Shown here: in pieces, positions 25,553-38,760 of the stretch | How the letters are laid out: each line of letters starts with the position of its first letter | How positions within the stretch are numbered: the stretch's first letter is position 1 | DNA from: Octopus vulgaris | Taxonomy: Eukaryota | Assembly (NCBI GenBank): GCA_951406725.2 | Contig: OX597816.1 | Location: 174,964,001 to 175,028,000 of the forward strand | DNA length: 64,000 nucleotides | Direction of reading: 5' to 3' | Position numbers and translations under genes: made by a program | Notes under the pieces: generated by a model | Databases searched by the model: none | What the model was told of the DNA's origin: nothing | Seen by the model: only the letters and a program-made list of their open reading frames with translations

Positions 25553-26671
25553 GTTTATTTATTTTTTATTTTTACCGTTATTGTTTTTACGTTTTTGTAT
25601 TCTTATTGGTGTCACGTATTCTGTATTTTTGTTCGTGTACTTCGTTCGTTTTCCGTCCTCGTGTTGTATACATTCGAAGCTTTCTTCCAGGGGATCTAAT
25701 GCGCTTGGCTTAGATTTCCCTTGGCGGGCTGCCCATATCGGAGCAATCTCAAGATTAATCAGCCGAAATTGCTAAGATGATCTGGTTCTTGACTGATGAC
25801 TGAGGGCTTCGAATGTCCCGTCCTGTAGTTCTTGTGTCGTCTCTGTGGTGTTTCATGTTCTTGTCCATGTCTGTAATTATTTTTACTGTTTACCTATATA
25901 ATCGGCGGCTACGTATCCACAATTGTCCTTATACGATAAGTATATTTTTTCTCTAGCATTGATACGACTCTTAATCTGTCTCTTTCTCTCTCTCTCTCTC
26001 CTCCCTTATTCCCCTTCCTTTCTTTCCCTCTCCATCCGTCTTCCCCCCTTCTACGTTTCTCTATCTCTCTCACCTCCAGCCCCCTCGATCTGTCTCTTTC
26101 TTCTCCTCCCTCGTCCACCTTCTCTCTCTTTTCATCTGTCCCTTTCTCCTGTCTTTTGTTCTCACGTGACCGCTAGCCGCTGTTGAGCGCTCTTTTCGTT
26201 CCAGCAGCCGCCGAAGCAACACGTATTTGTTCGTCTCCCTGCGGCCATTAGGTACAACTTCATAAGCCAGCCCCATACTCAACTCGTCCTGTCGAAAGAC
26301 CCTTGTCCTACGTCCTGGTCTTGTTTTGTTGTTTATTTATTTTTTATTTTTACCGTTATTGTTTTTACGTTTTTGTATTCTTATTGGTGTCACGTATTCT
26401 GTATTTTTGTTCGTGTACTTCGTTCGTTTTCCGTCCTCGTGTTGTATACATTCGAAGCTTTCTTCCAGGGGATCTAATGCGCTTGGCTTAGATTTCCCTT
26501 GGCGGGCTGCCCATATCGGAGCAATCTCAAGATTAATCAGCCGAAATTGCTAAGATGATCTGGTTCTTGACTGATGACTGAGGGCTTCGAATGTCCCGTC
26601 CTGTGGTTCTTGTGTTCTCTCTGTGGTGTTTCATGTTCTTGTCCATGTCTGTAATTATTTTTACTGTTTAC

Positions 26672-26678
<7 letters not shown>
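25553..26678 (+). mobile_element. Element bounded by 348-bp direct repeats (25553-25900, 26331-26678), probable Penelope-like pseudo-LTR structure
   Basis: Near-identical direct repeats lacking TG/CA ends. A diverged inverted homolog is at ~44980-45300. Confidence 0.6.
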
Positions 26679-26712
<34 letters not shown>

Positions 26713-27699
26713 TACATGTATATATATATATAAAAATGCACACATAAGTACATATAATCATCATCAGTATTTTACGTATATTTTTCCATGTTTGCCTGAG
26801 CTGGACAGGTTTATCAAAGCAATGTTTTACGTCCGAATGCTTTCCATGCTGCCAGCCCTCTATAAACTAGGATACACACATATATAAATTCACATCCATA
26901 CACACATATACATAAATGCTGGAAATATACATCTCAGGAAAAAAAAAACATGATATTTCATGTGTGAGAGGATTTTTAAAGAATTCAAAGTAAATTGGCA
27001 AAAACATTTACATATATTGCTAAATGTTGATATTTTAAAATATTCCATACTTGAATCTATTTAACACAGTAAAACAGAGGTTTTGACATATATATCAAAA
27101 CATAACAAACATTAAAGTATTACTGGCATACAAGTCAAATGCTGTAGTATTATGGGTTTCTTAAAGTATATCTACTTTAAGTAAGATATACAAATTGCTG
27201 TTTGGAACTTATACTGTTTCTGTCGCTAATAACAAACTTTTACCCAGCTTGCTGGTGCAACATCAGTGATTTGTTAATCACTTTTTTTCTATACCAGTAG
27301 ACAAAAAATTTGTCTAAGCATGCAGTTGATTGTGTATACTTGCTACCAATGGCATGCAAATACATAGAAATCCTGGGTTCTAGCCATTCTACTACCACTG
27401 CCTGACAGTTTTTCTCTGCTACTGATAGTACATTTTAGTATTATACATCTATAAGAAATACAGAGTGATATCAAAATTAATACTGTTTCCTTTGTTAATA
27501 ATGAGTATATAAGCCAAACAAGAATGTACAGTATGTCCATAGATTCTCTAACCTTCCACTTTTTGTTAGGAACGGCATAATTAAGAACATATCCATTAGG
27601 ATCTCTAATCTTTCTGCCAATCAAAAGATACTTGGAAATAATGCAGAATATTACAATGAAGTGGTTATGATCAAGCAATATCATACCATGATAACACTA

Positions 27700-28697
27700 A
27701 ACTTAAGTAGTGGGTACTTGCATTAATAACACTTCCATTTTAATTTTAATGAGTTCGCGCCCACCGATGACTGCAGCGAAATTCATCTTTGGACTTTCTT
27801 CTATCAAAGGCATTCTAACAAAAATGCTTCCATATAAACGGTCAAAATATTGTCAATTTCCCCAAACAGGGACACAATTCAATTTTTAAACAATAACCAA
27901 AGCTCCTTCTCCCAAAGGGGGAGGGTTACAGTTTACAATTATTTAACAAATGCAACACAACAACGTTTCTCTTACGAGGAACCAACAAACGTGATAACAA
28001 TAGTTAAACACTAATAATAATAATAACAAACCTTATGGTGAATCAAAAAGCAGTACACAGTTGAAGCTATAGTCCTTTATGTATAAGAAATAAACCAACA
28101 GCAGTACTCAGTAGAAGCGACTGTTCGAGAAAACAGACATTACATACAGCCAAACTTCATATTGATACTTAATGCTAGCTAATTAGCAGATAATCTAATG
28201 TAAAAGCCGTGGTAAAGGGTATGTGCACAGCTCCATCTGGACTATTCCATTTCTGCACACTAATTTTATTTTTAATTTATTCCCATTCATGTGAAACCAC
28301 TTATTCAAGTTTGAGTCATTGATGCAATTTTATACCAATTGCTATTTTTACTTTTAATTGTTATGTTACGATTTAATTTAGTTTGATTTTAATTATTACT
28401 TACTACATATAATTCAATTGTTATTATTATCTCTAATTTTTATTGTTAAAGTGAAAGTATCTGACATAAAATAGAGAAATGTTTTTGTTTCACTTTTAAC
28501 ATGTAATACTGAAATAGTGGAGAAGATATGATATTGCTATGGGCTTGCCCTAGGCAAGAAGTTGAACATTTTTTTTGCCCATGAAACTACATGGACCCTA
28601 AGTAAGGTATATGTAAAATTTGAACGAAATTGGTTGTGTAGTTCTCAAGTTTTAGGGAAACACACAGACACACATTCTCAGTTTTATATATATAGAG
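27700..28697 (-). mobile_element. Probable non-autonomous Helitron 5' portion
   Basis: Minus-strand start TCTCTATATATATAAAACTGAGAATGTGTGTCTGTGTG resembles the other Helitron 5' ends in this window. Confidence 0.45.
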
Positions 28698-28784
28698 ATA
28701 ATTTATTGTTCACTGACTTCACTCTATTTTCTATTTATTTTTCTTAATCTAATACTACCTCATGATATCTTGTACATGCACACA

Positions 28785-28787
<3 letters not shown>

Positions 28788-28864
<77 letters not shown>
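28788..28864. repeat. (CA)n microsatellite
   Basis: Directly visible. Many other (TA)n, (CA)n, (TATG)n and (GA)n tracts occur in the window. Confidence 0.95.
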
Positions 28865-28866
<2 letters not shown>

Positions 28867-28957
28867 ACAGTCATATCTAAATATTTCATTGAGCACAATG
28901 CTATGAATATATAATAAAACTACAATAACAATAATTATAAATGTATAAATTACTTAC

Positions 28958-29030
28958 TGAGCTTTTAAATCAAGTAAATCAATGGTCTTTGATTTAATCT
29001 CTCCACTTTTTTCATATTCTAGAATAATAC
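28958..29030 (-). CDS. DAW1: DAW1 coding exon 2
   Basis: AG acceptor and GTAAGT donor. Encodes GIILEYEKSGEIKSKTIDLLDLKA(H), in phase with exon 1. 73 nt. Confidence 0.95.
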
Positions 29031-29340
29031 CTGTTAAACAGTAGAAGGAAGTCACATGATATTTATAGATGGTGGTAGAATATTAAATCCACCCCCCACC
29101 TTTTTAATGGATATTAATAGATGAAGATGAGTTTTCCTATCAAACATATGTTAAATGATGGACAATTTAAAAATAACTAAGGCCCCAGGTAATAGGAATC
29201 CTAACCCTATTGATCTCAATACATTAAAATTAAGTGTTTTAACTAAGGAATTTACAGGATTTTATTGAAGGAACTTCATACATATTTTTCAAACCTCTCG
29301 CTAATTCAGTGGTCCTCCCCTTATTACTATGCATCCATAT

Positions 29341-29512
29341 AGGTGCAGGAGTGGCTGTGTGGTAAGTAGCTTGCTAACCAACCACATGGTTCCGGGTTCA
29401 GTCCCACTGTGTGGCATCTTGGGCAAGTGTCTTCTGCTATAGCCCCGGGCCGACCAATGCCTTGTGAGTGGATTTGGTAGACGGAAACTGAAAGAAGCCT
29501 GTCGTATATATG

Positions 29513-29553
<41 letters not shown>

Positions 29554-29762
29554 TTGTGTGTCTGTGTTTGTCCCCCTAGCATTGCTTGACAACCGATGCT
29601 GGTGTGTTTACGTCCCCGTCACTTAGCGGTTTGGCAAAAGAGACCGATGGAATAAGCACTGGGCTTACAAAGAATAAGTCCCGGGGTCGATTTGCTCGAC
29701 TAAAGGCGGTGCTCCAGCATGGCTGCAGTCAAATGACTGAAACAAGTAAGAGAGTAAAGAGT
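29341..29762 (+). mobile_element. tRNA-derived SINE (GCAGGAGTGGCTG family)
   Basis: Full-length copy with an internal (TA)(TG) microsatellite. Confidence 0.85.
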
Positions 29763-30099
29763 ATATAACCTAGTATTAGTGAATACTCTAGTATTAGTGA
29801 AATATTTGGTTCCTCCCCTTATTACTATGCATGCATATAATTCTATCTTCACAATGATGCTGGACATGTTTAAAAAGTTTAAAATCTCTTTGATTTTATT
29901 AAACATTGCAATTTGTTTACCTCTTTCCAATCTGCACAAACACCTATGAGAAATGCTTAATGAAACTTCTACAGAGTTGTCACTTTTGGAAAGCTTATGT
30001 TTTTTGAGGACATTACTTTCAATGCACATGATAGAAGGCAGATTCAATCACCGAAGCTCCATTGTGCTTCAATGTATCTTGCTTAATGCAAGTATTAGA

Positions 30100-30625
30100 T
30101 ACTAAGTGATATATCACTTTCACTTTGATCACTTTGACCGACCAGTCCGTCAGGCGTCCATTTGACACTGCTGGTCACAGCACGCTGCCCACTCCTCTCT
30201 GGATCGCGCCTTTCTCATCCACGTGATCCCAATCATTCTCTTGAAATCGTCACTCCACCGTCGTGGAGGTCTTCCGGGTGGTCTTTTCCGCTCACGCGGG
30301 TACCACTCAACAACTGCATGCGTCCACCGATTATCGGTGAGCCGGGCGACGTGTCCAGCCCATCTATACTTGCTGCGAGTATACTCTGCGATGAAATCTC
30401 TCACGCCGGACTTCTTTCTGATGATCTTGCTACTTATGTGCTCTCTCAACGAGATACCAAGCATTGACCTTTCCATGGCTCTTTGCTCTTCTCTCTTTGT
30501 GGTAGCCCATATTTCACTACCGTATAACATTGCAGGCAGAACTGCACTGTTAATGAGGTTGGCGCGGGTGGTCCTGTCCAACCTTCCCTTGAGCACATCC
30601 CTTATGCCATTGAACGCCTTCCAGA
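30100..30625 (-). mobile_element. RTE-clade LINE 3' end (5'-truncated)
   Basis: LPAMLYGSEIW...RWAGHVAR..DNRWT...WYPRERKRPPGRPPRRWSD. Confidence 0.85.
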
Positions 30626-32105
30626 GAAGTAATATATAGAGATCTATAATGCTTGAAATTTTAATGGCTAGTTAGATTCAAACATAGATTCTCTGTCCTG
30701 TTCACCCTCCCCACACACACATACACAGGCAAGTGATGCTTCAGAGCATCCAATAAAATATGCAACGATAATAGGATCTTTTCTGTTTGGCTCACACTTT
30801 TCAATTCCAAGTCGGTGCGTGCCAAATTTGGCACAGACATTAATGATTTCTAGCCAAAGGAAAAATCGGTGGTGGAGGAAAAGAATACTTTTTAAACAAT
30901 GCTCTGGAATGTGCTTCATGCTTTGACCACTAAACCACTGCAAATTAGTACCTCTGGCACCGTGGAATGCTTCCTGCATTTTCTCTCCTCTGCAGCAGCA
31001 ACACGTGTTTACATTGATCCCACTTCCTATTGTCGCTACAAAAAAATGTGAGTAGTACCACATGTTTTGCCCATATTTTCTTGTTGCATTGGTTGAACTG
31101 ACATTGCAATATTTGTATATAGTCACAATGTGCAATCTTTTGGCTATAGAATCACTTCAAAGTTCATGTGCCTAATTTGGTACTATAGGAATAAGTGGAA
31201 AATACGAAATACGTTTATGTGCCGTATAATGTGTGAATGTGCTTTCTTTAACTTTATTATTGTGCATAGCATTTCATATTGCACCAAATTTTTGTTTCAT
31301 GTTAGTTATGAGTTTCTTTTTTCAGCATGTCAACAAACGTCGCCATGACAAACCTGTTGCATCGTTGGTGCAAATGAAAGTGACTTTGAAATGTCAGAGA
31401 GTTCTGGAGATGAACGGATGCCTGAGGATGTTGATGCCTCCAATGATGAAGAGACAAGGTGTCAGAAAAATGGAAGAAAACTAAACCAGTGGAATAAGAG
31501 AGAATAGCTGCATCAACTTCCACAACCAGTGACAATGATAGGGACGATGACCATCCCCTGGCCAGTATTTGTAAAGCTGTACTGCAAGACAATGTGCTTT
31601 TGGCAACCTTACTCAGTGCTGGCTCAGATGACAATGATGATGTGCCATTAGCTTGCCTCTTGGAGAATGGAGATGATCTGAACCCGTATATGGACAAAGA
31701 TCTGATGTCCCTATTGTCCAGTCCAACATGGATGGACATTCCTTTCCAGGCACTTGATACTGAATTCAAAGGCACCCTGGAAAGAGCGCCAGATGACAGG
31801 AGTTTGAAGACTCCATACCAATTCTTCAAAGAATTCATAACAGACAAAATGCTCGATGATGTGATAAAAACAAATATCTACAGCCATCAGAAAACTGGAA
31901 CAATTATGAGAACAACAAAGAAGGAAATGGAGACTTTTACAGCACTTTGCCTCAGGATTGCTTTGTGTAGGCACATTGTCTTCACAGTTATTGGGAAAAT
32001 GGTACCCAATATGAACTAGTCACTGACCACATAGGGCGAGATCATTTCCAGAAGCTTGCATCAATGATTCACTTTGTCGACAACTTGAAAGTAAATGAGC
32101 AGGAC

Positions 32106-35100
32106 GTGGGATGACATCAGCAGCTGGGGTGCTGACCGGAACTTGGGGCTGACTGGAAGACGAAGGGCACAGGAGTGACGCATGTGCAGGTGGAGGAGCA
32201 CTGGGCCTTTCCGATCAGGGTAGCTGACAGGGCTGGACGTGTGAGCGCTTCGACAAAGTAAGGGAAAAGCAGCTGCTATTTTTAGCGTTCAGGTCGGGCC
32301 ATGTGGAAGGGTGCATTACCAACAGAGAGGTCTGCGTCGACGAAGAGAAGGTAGGTGTCTTTACTTCAAATCTCTCGCATACACCACAAGCTATTTCGGC
32401 ACTCCACATAAGACGTCACCACAATGGCAGTTAAAATCAGGATCGCCAGTGACGTTATCAGACCCTTTAATGGTGAGGGTGATGTAGTGACCCGGATGCG
32501 TAAAATCAGGCTTGTGGCGAGATTGCAAGACATTAGCGACATGGCAAGGCTTATGGTACTATATTTGAAAAGGAGCACATTGACTAGAGTACATCTCTAG
32601 ATGGACGAAGAAGGACTGAGTGAGGAGAAGATTGAGCAACGTCTGAGAGAGGCTTACACAGAGTTCACACTTTGTTAAGCTGGGCATGATTAGATGGACA
32701 GGAGAGCAGGTGGATGAATATGCAGTGGAGGTGCGGAGACTAGCCATGTTGGCTGGGTTTACAGGAGAAGGACAGGATAGAGCAGCGCGACTGGCATTTG
32801 TAAGTGGGTTCCCTGATGATGTAGGGATTCGACTGCAATAACTGCCTGGGGACAAAAAGGTGGCGCTGAGTGAACTTGTGACTCAAGCCCACATGTTGAC
32901 GCAAAACACTGGATGGAAGGCAATAGCGATGGTGGTAATGGAGACGCATAAAGACGGATGAGAGCCGGAGAAAGATGCGAAGAAGCCTACTGTGCAGCTG
33001 TCCTCAGGCCGGTGTTTTAGATGTCATTGGTTGCACATGGTGAGGGAGTGTATGTAACCGGGGCCTGTCTGCTATCGATGCAGGCAGACAGGGCACATCG
33101 ACCATGATTGTGACCAGGGAAACGACTGTGGGGAAGTTGCTGTCTCTTGAACTTTCCCCGCAAACAAGTAGAGGTGCTTCTGGAGATGCTACCCTCAATT
33201 GATGTTGAGGCTGAAGAGAAGATGTTCGAGGCCCTGGTGGATACGGGTTGCACGACCACCCTCATGACTTCAAGGGTGATGAAGAAATGGAATGGGGCAA
33301 GTAGCATCCAGGTGGTTGACAGCAGCGAAATCCGATGCAAAGGCAGCAACAATGTTGAGATAGTGGTGCAAGGCACAACGCTAAGGCTGCAAGCAATTGT
33401 GGCTGAACATGTGATAGACGGGGTTGATGTGGTGATGGAGATGGAAGCCATCAACCATCTCGGTGGTGTCAGTATTGTAGGAGATGAGGTCACGTTCAGA
33501 AGCGTGGGGGTGTCATGCGCTGTGAGTTAGGATCACCAGAGAGAGCAGAGCCCTGCAAGGGACTGCGCTGCTTACATGATTGAGGACAAGGATTTTCAGG
33601 TGGTGTTCGATGGTCAGTGGTGGACGATACAATAGTGGCAATGGAAAGACGAGCCCCCGATGCTGAAAAACAGAGTGAGCTGCTACCAGCATAACCTGAA
33701 AGGTCACGCCAGGGTTGAATTTGAAGACGAGGTAGAGAGGTGGATCGAGGAAGGAGTCCTTGTCCCATGGAAGGAGGAGGTAGTGGGTGGAATGCTACCT
33801 CTGATGGTGGTGGTGCAGCCTATGAAGGGAAAAGTCAGACCAGTGCTGGACTTCAGGGAGCTAAACCAGCATATATCGTGCCACACGGGAGGCGAGGCTA
33901 TGGACGTTTGTGGTGAGATTTTACGTGTGTGGAGACAGTCGACCAAGGCAGCGACGATTGTCAACTTGAAATCGGCATACTTGCAGCTCCATGTGAGCGA
34001 CAAACTGTGGCAATATCAGCTGGTGCAGTACAAGGGCCAGATGTACTGTTTAACCAGGCTGGGTTTCAGATTGAATTCTGCTCTGAAGATCATGGCAGCG
34101 GTGCTTAAGTCTGTCCTAGGGAAAGAGGACAAGATAAGAAAGGCCACTAGTTCCTACATAGACAACACTTTGGTGGACGAAACTGTAGTGCCAGCCAACG
34201 AGGTAGTGAGACATCTGGAGAAGTTCGGACTGATTGTGAAGCCACCGGAGTCAATGGAAGAGGGAGCTGCGCTGGGGCTGAAGCTGCAAAGAATAAATCG
34301 GGTGAGTTGGTGTTCCGGAGAGGGAATGAAATCCCAGAGCTAGGTTCCAGCGTCAGCAGCAGAGAGCTGTTCTCAGTGTGTGGGAAGTTGGTCAGTCACA
34401 ACCCGATCGCTGGATGGCTGTGCACAGCATGCAGTTACACCAAGAGACGAGCAGAGGGGGAGAGTTGGGGTGACAAGATAGGAGAAGGGATGGTGGTGAT
34501 GATGCAGGAAATCCTAGAAAAGATGAGAGTGGAGACTTGGTCAGGGGGAGCTGGTATGTGCCCAAGACAGAATGCTGGACCGTTTGGTGTGATGCTAGCA
34601 GTATAGCAATAGGGGTTGTGCTGGAGATCGAAGGCGCTGAGGTGGAGGACGTGGCCTGGCTTCAGAAAGTAGATGACTTTAACCACATCAATGTCGCCAA
34701 ATTAGACGTAGTGCTGAAAGGGGTGAACTTGGCCCTGAAATGGGGGGTGCACACAATTGAAATCCGGACGGATTCAGCCACTATGCTTGGCTGGGTAGGA
34801 TCGGTGATCACCGGTGAGAGGAGAGTTCAGACAAAAGGAGCCATGGAGATGTTGGTGAAGTGCCGTCTAGGAGTTCTAGGAGAATTGATTGCCGAGTTCG
34901 GACTGAAGCTGAACGTGGTTTTCATGCCTTCGGAGAGAAACAGGGCAGACACACTAACCAGGGTGAAGAGGGCGTGGTTGGAGGAGCCGGAGGAGGCACT
35001 TAAAGGGATAGCTGCAGTGTGTCAGTTGGATGACTCCGAACTGAAGAGACTGCACACTATGCATCACTTGGGTGTGGACAGGACCCTTTATCTTGCAAAG

Positions 35101-35945
35101 AAGATTGATGCTGACGTCACTAGGAGAAGCATCTGGAAAGTGCGTCGCTTGTTCAGAGAGTAGCGTATAGGCCAAGCGGTAACGGAATCATAGAGAGGCA
35201 CCATCGGACAGTCAAAGCCATAGTGGAAAGAGGACACATTTTGCTGCTGGAAGCAGTTTTCTGGTACAACATGTCTCCCCGATCTGGACAAGCTGAAGAA
35301 TCTGTGCCACACAGAGCGATATTTAAATACGAATCCAAGTAAAGAGCCGAAGAGAAGGGACCTGTCTATGTGAAAATAGGGGAGGAAGTCTGAGTTAAGC
35401 CACCGAAGGCACGCTGTATATCTCAATGGAGCAGAGGAACGGTGACGGCGGTCAATTCCAGAAACAACGTCTCCTTGGATGGAATTCTGCGACACGTCTT
35501 GGACCTTCGCAGGATTGTTGTTTCATCGGATGATGATTGTGGAGAGGGAGAGAACGAGGTGCCTAGCCTGAGAAGATCTCGACGTGCAAGGCGCCCTCCC
35601 GGTTGGATGGTGGACTGCAATGTGGTGTAGAGAGAATGTGAACTTTATGATCAGGGTTTCGTGAGAGATGACGTCAGTAGCAGGGGAGCTGACTGGAACT
35701 TGGGGTTGACCAGAAGAGGAAGAGTGCTGGAGCGACGTGTGCACAGGCAGGAGAGTATTGGGCCTTTTCGATCGGGGTAACTAACAGGGCTGGACGTGTG
35801 AGCACTTTGACAAGGTAAGGGAAAAGCAGCTGCTATTTTTAGCATTAGGGTCAGGCCACATGGAAGGGTGTGTTATCACCGGAAAGGTCTGCGTTGACGA
35901 AGAGAAGGTAGGTATCTTTACTTCAAATCTCTTGCATACACCACA
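32106..35945 (+). mobile_element. Ty3/Gypsy LTR retrotransposon nested in the piggyBac transposase (gag, protease, RT, RNase H, partial integrase)
   Basis: LTRs at ~32106-32388 (5'-clipped) and 35621-35945 (TGTGGTGTA...TACACCACA). Motifs ALVDTG, RPVLDFRELN, YIDN(D), WCDAS, TDS. Confidence 0.9.
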
Positions 35946-37207
35946 CAGTACAAGGATGATGACAAGTTGTGTCCATGGCTGAAGGACTTTCAAGCCAATC
36001 TCAAAAAGATCCCTCCGAAAAAACACCATTCTGTTAACAAAATAATGGTTGCCTTCAAGGGGAGAGCAGCTCTAAAACAGTACATGCGAGGAAAACTTCA
36101 CTCTTGGGGCTTCAAGCTCTGGGTTAGAGCAGGTGTATCAAGCATCCTGTATAACTTTGAAATCTATGAAGGTTCAGATGACGGAAAGCACAGAGCTCCA
36201 TCTACACAGGGACTTAATGGAAATGTGATCCTCCAAATGGTCAAGGAACTTGAGAGTAGGAAGAATTCTAAGATCTTTGCAGACAATTTTTTCTTTAATC
36301 TCTCTCTTCTCAAAGCTCTGAGAGCCAGGTCCATGTTTTTTGTTGGCACATTTCAGGCAATCAGGCTGAAAGGATGTCAACTGAAATCAGAGAAAGGTCT
36401 GAAGAAACTCAGGCATGGCTCTTCAGACATGAAAGCGGAGTTGGAATCGAACATCATTCAACAACAGATGTGTTGATACTCTGTCCTCATATATTGGAAT
36501 TAAACCAGTAGACTAGGCTGAGAGATACAACAAAAAAAAAATTCAAGTCTCCTTCGTTTGTGTTTTTTTTAATCTTTTTTTTGTTTTATTGATTTATCTT
36601 ATTTATTTATTTATTTATTTTGAGAAACGGATATTTTTGGTTGCTGCCCTGTAAACTACCTCCTTTTCATAATTTTGAACAGTGTATTTTCCTGAACTTT
36701 TTCAACTTAAATAGAAGTATGATCACAGTTAATTCGTTTAAACTTTCGAATATGATAGAGAAACTGAAAACACCTATCTCTCGACCAGCTATTGTACAAG
36801 AATATAATAAATTCATGGGGTGGGGAGTGGATCTCCTTGACAGTATTGTACAAGTACAACATGAGGTCCTGTCGTTGGTATATGTGCATCTTTTACCACA
36901 CATTGACCTTGACTGTTGTCAACAGCTGGTGTTGGATTTACAACCAATGAAACTCAGTGTTTTCCAAGGGATGATTGCTGAAGCACTGCTATCCATCAAA
37001 AGTCAGACACCCTTAATTCATGCACTGTGACACCACTCCTGGCAAAAATCATCTGTAGTAAAGCCCCGTGTTTTCAAGTAACATCAGCAAATCAACTCAG
37101 TTTGACTAACATTGTATTAAATAGTTTGTAAATAACAGTTTTGTTGTTTAATTGTGCTAGATGAAATTGGAACTCTTTGAAATGTTTACTGAGATGCAAA
37201 GACCTAT

Positions 37208-37313
37208 GTGCCAAATTTGGACCATTCGGTGGATTTCCTTAACAGCCTGTGGTGCCAAATTTGGACCATTCGGTGGATTTCCTTAACAGCCTGTGGTGCC
37301 AAATTTGGACCAT
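37208..37313. repeat. 44-bp tandem repeat x2.4 in the piggyBac subterminal region
   Basis: Unit gtgccaaatttggaccattcggtggatttccttaacagcctgtg. The core gccaaatttgg also occurs at ~30820. Confidence 0.85.
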
Positions 37314-37450
37314 ATCATATTTCACAACCTACTAATGATTTTGAAGGGAATCAACTTTTTGTTTTTTTAATCATTTAAATATCAAATTTACACTGAAAAT
37401 AATTTTTGTGTTACTGGATGTATGAACAGGTTCTAGAGGGTTAAATTTTG

Positions 37451-38029
37451 GGATCTTTACCGTTTGACGTACAGATTTAAAAAATAATTTTTTGTAACTA
37501 AACACTTTCAAACTTCGGACGCTGGTAGAATGTGTCATATAAAACATGTTTTACTCTTGGCATTTTTGAGAAAAACTTATATTTACAAAGTAATTTCACA
37601 TTAAAGTAGGCCTATTTCGGTAATTTCAACCAATCAATGACGTGTATTCAGCTGAATAAAATTACTGCCGTTGTTTGTCAACAAGAACTTCTGGCGGTGT
37701 ATTTTTTGTTTGTTACTGTTATTTATGACAACCCTAACCCTAACCCCTTAAAGCTAAAACCGGTACAAACGCACGAACGATGTCATAAATAACAGCGACA
37801 AATGAAATATACACCGCCGATACTTGTTGTTAACAAACAACGGCAGTAATTTTATTCAGCTGAATACACGTCATTGATTGGTTGAAATTACCGAAATAGA
37901 CCTACTAAAGTAGTGAAATTACTTCGCAAAAATATAAGTTATTCTCAAATTCTACCAGTGTCCGAAATTTGAAAGTGTTTAGTTACAAAAAATTATTTTT
38001 TAAATCTGTACGTCAAACGGTAAAGATCC
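37451..38029. mobile_element. Long-TIR foldback MITE (GGATCTTT termini) with central (CCCTAA)n
   Basis: ggatctttaccgtttgacgtacag...ctgtacgtcaaacggtaaagatcc. TSD AAATTTTG. Confidence 0.88.
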
Positions 38030-38760
38030 AAATTTTGTTCAACTAATTTAAAATTTGGTGTATTGATGTAGTTTCAGATGGTAATTATGGAAATGAAATT
38101 CAGTTTTGCCATTGCAAATTTTGGGTAATTTTAACCAATGAAAAGCCAGACATATTGATGCCAGTTTCCATAGTAACAAACCAAGTCTCCTTCGTTTGTG
38201 TTTTTTTTAATCTTTTTTTTGTTTTATTGATTTATCTTATTTATTTATTTATTTATTTTGAGAAACGGATATTTTTGGTTGCTGCCCTGTAAACTACCTC
38301 CTTTTCATAATTTTGAACAGTGTATTTTCCTGAACTTTTTCAACTTAAATAGAAGTACGATCACAGTTAATTCGTTTAAACTTTCGAATATGATAGAGAA
38401 ACTGAAAACCGAGGAGAATAGTGAACTAGAACGTTGAGTTCCTTAACTCGAAAGATGGTACCACACTCAATAATACATTCGCCTCTGTAAAACGAAGGAA
38501 TATCAACGAGCTGTGGAACCCACAGTTCTATAGTTGACTCGTATTTGGAGATACGACAATAGTCATTAGTTTGATAAACTTCTAGACTCTATTGTAAACT
38601 TTCGTTTATGATTCGCTACAAAAAATGTATTCATTGAGGATTTTTCAGTTTTTATATTGTTTACATGTCTGGTCCAACATTTCACTTGACTAATTATTAA
38701 AACTTATCAAAACTTCCATCATTGAAAGGTATGTCATTGTATTGTCATTACCGACAAAGT

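Larger units (their letters stand above)
30800..37440 (+). mobile_element. piggyBac transposon (transposase pseudogene, interrupted); right end AGGG|TTAA
   Basis: PYQFFKEFITD..., HFVDN, KQYMRGKLHSWGFKLW, FADNFF, YNKFMG(W)GVDLLD. Terminus ttctagaggg followed by TTAA at 37441-37444. Left TIR not found. Confidence 0.85.

Noticed and set aside
25793-25820. CTGATGA hammerhead-like core in the 348-bp repeat
   Set aside because: It is followed by GAAT rather than GAAA, and no convincing stem II or III could be built by eye.
31594-37030. Possible domesticated PGBD gene or fusion with DAW1
   Set aside because: It is antisense to DAW1, frameshifted and interrupted twice, so it is a pseudogene.
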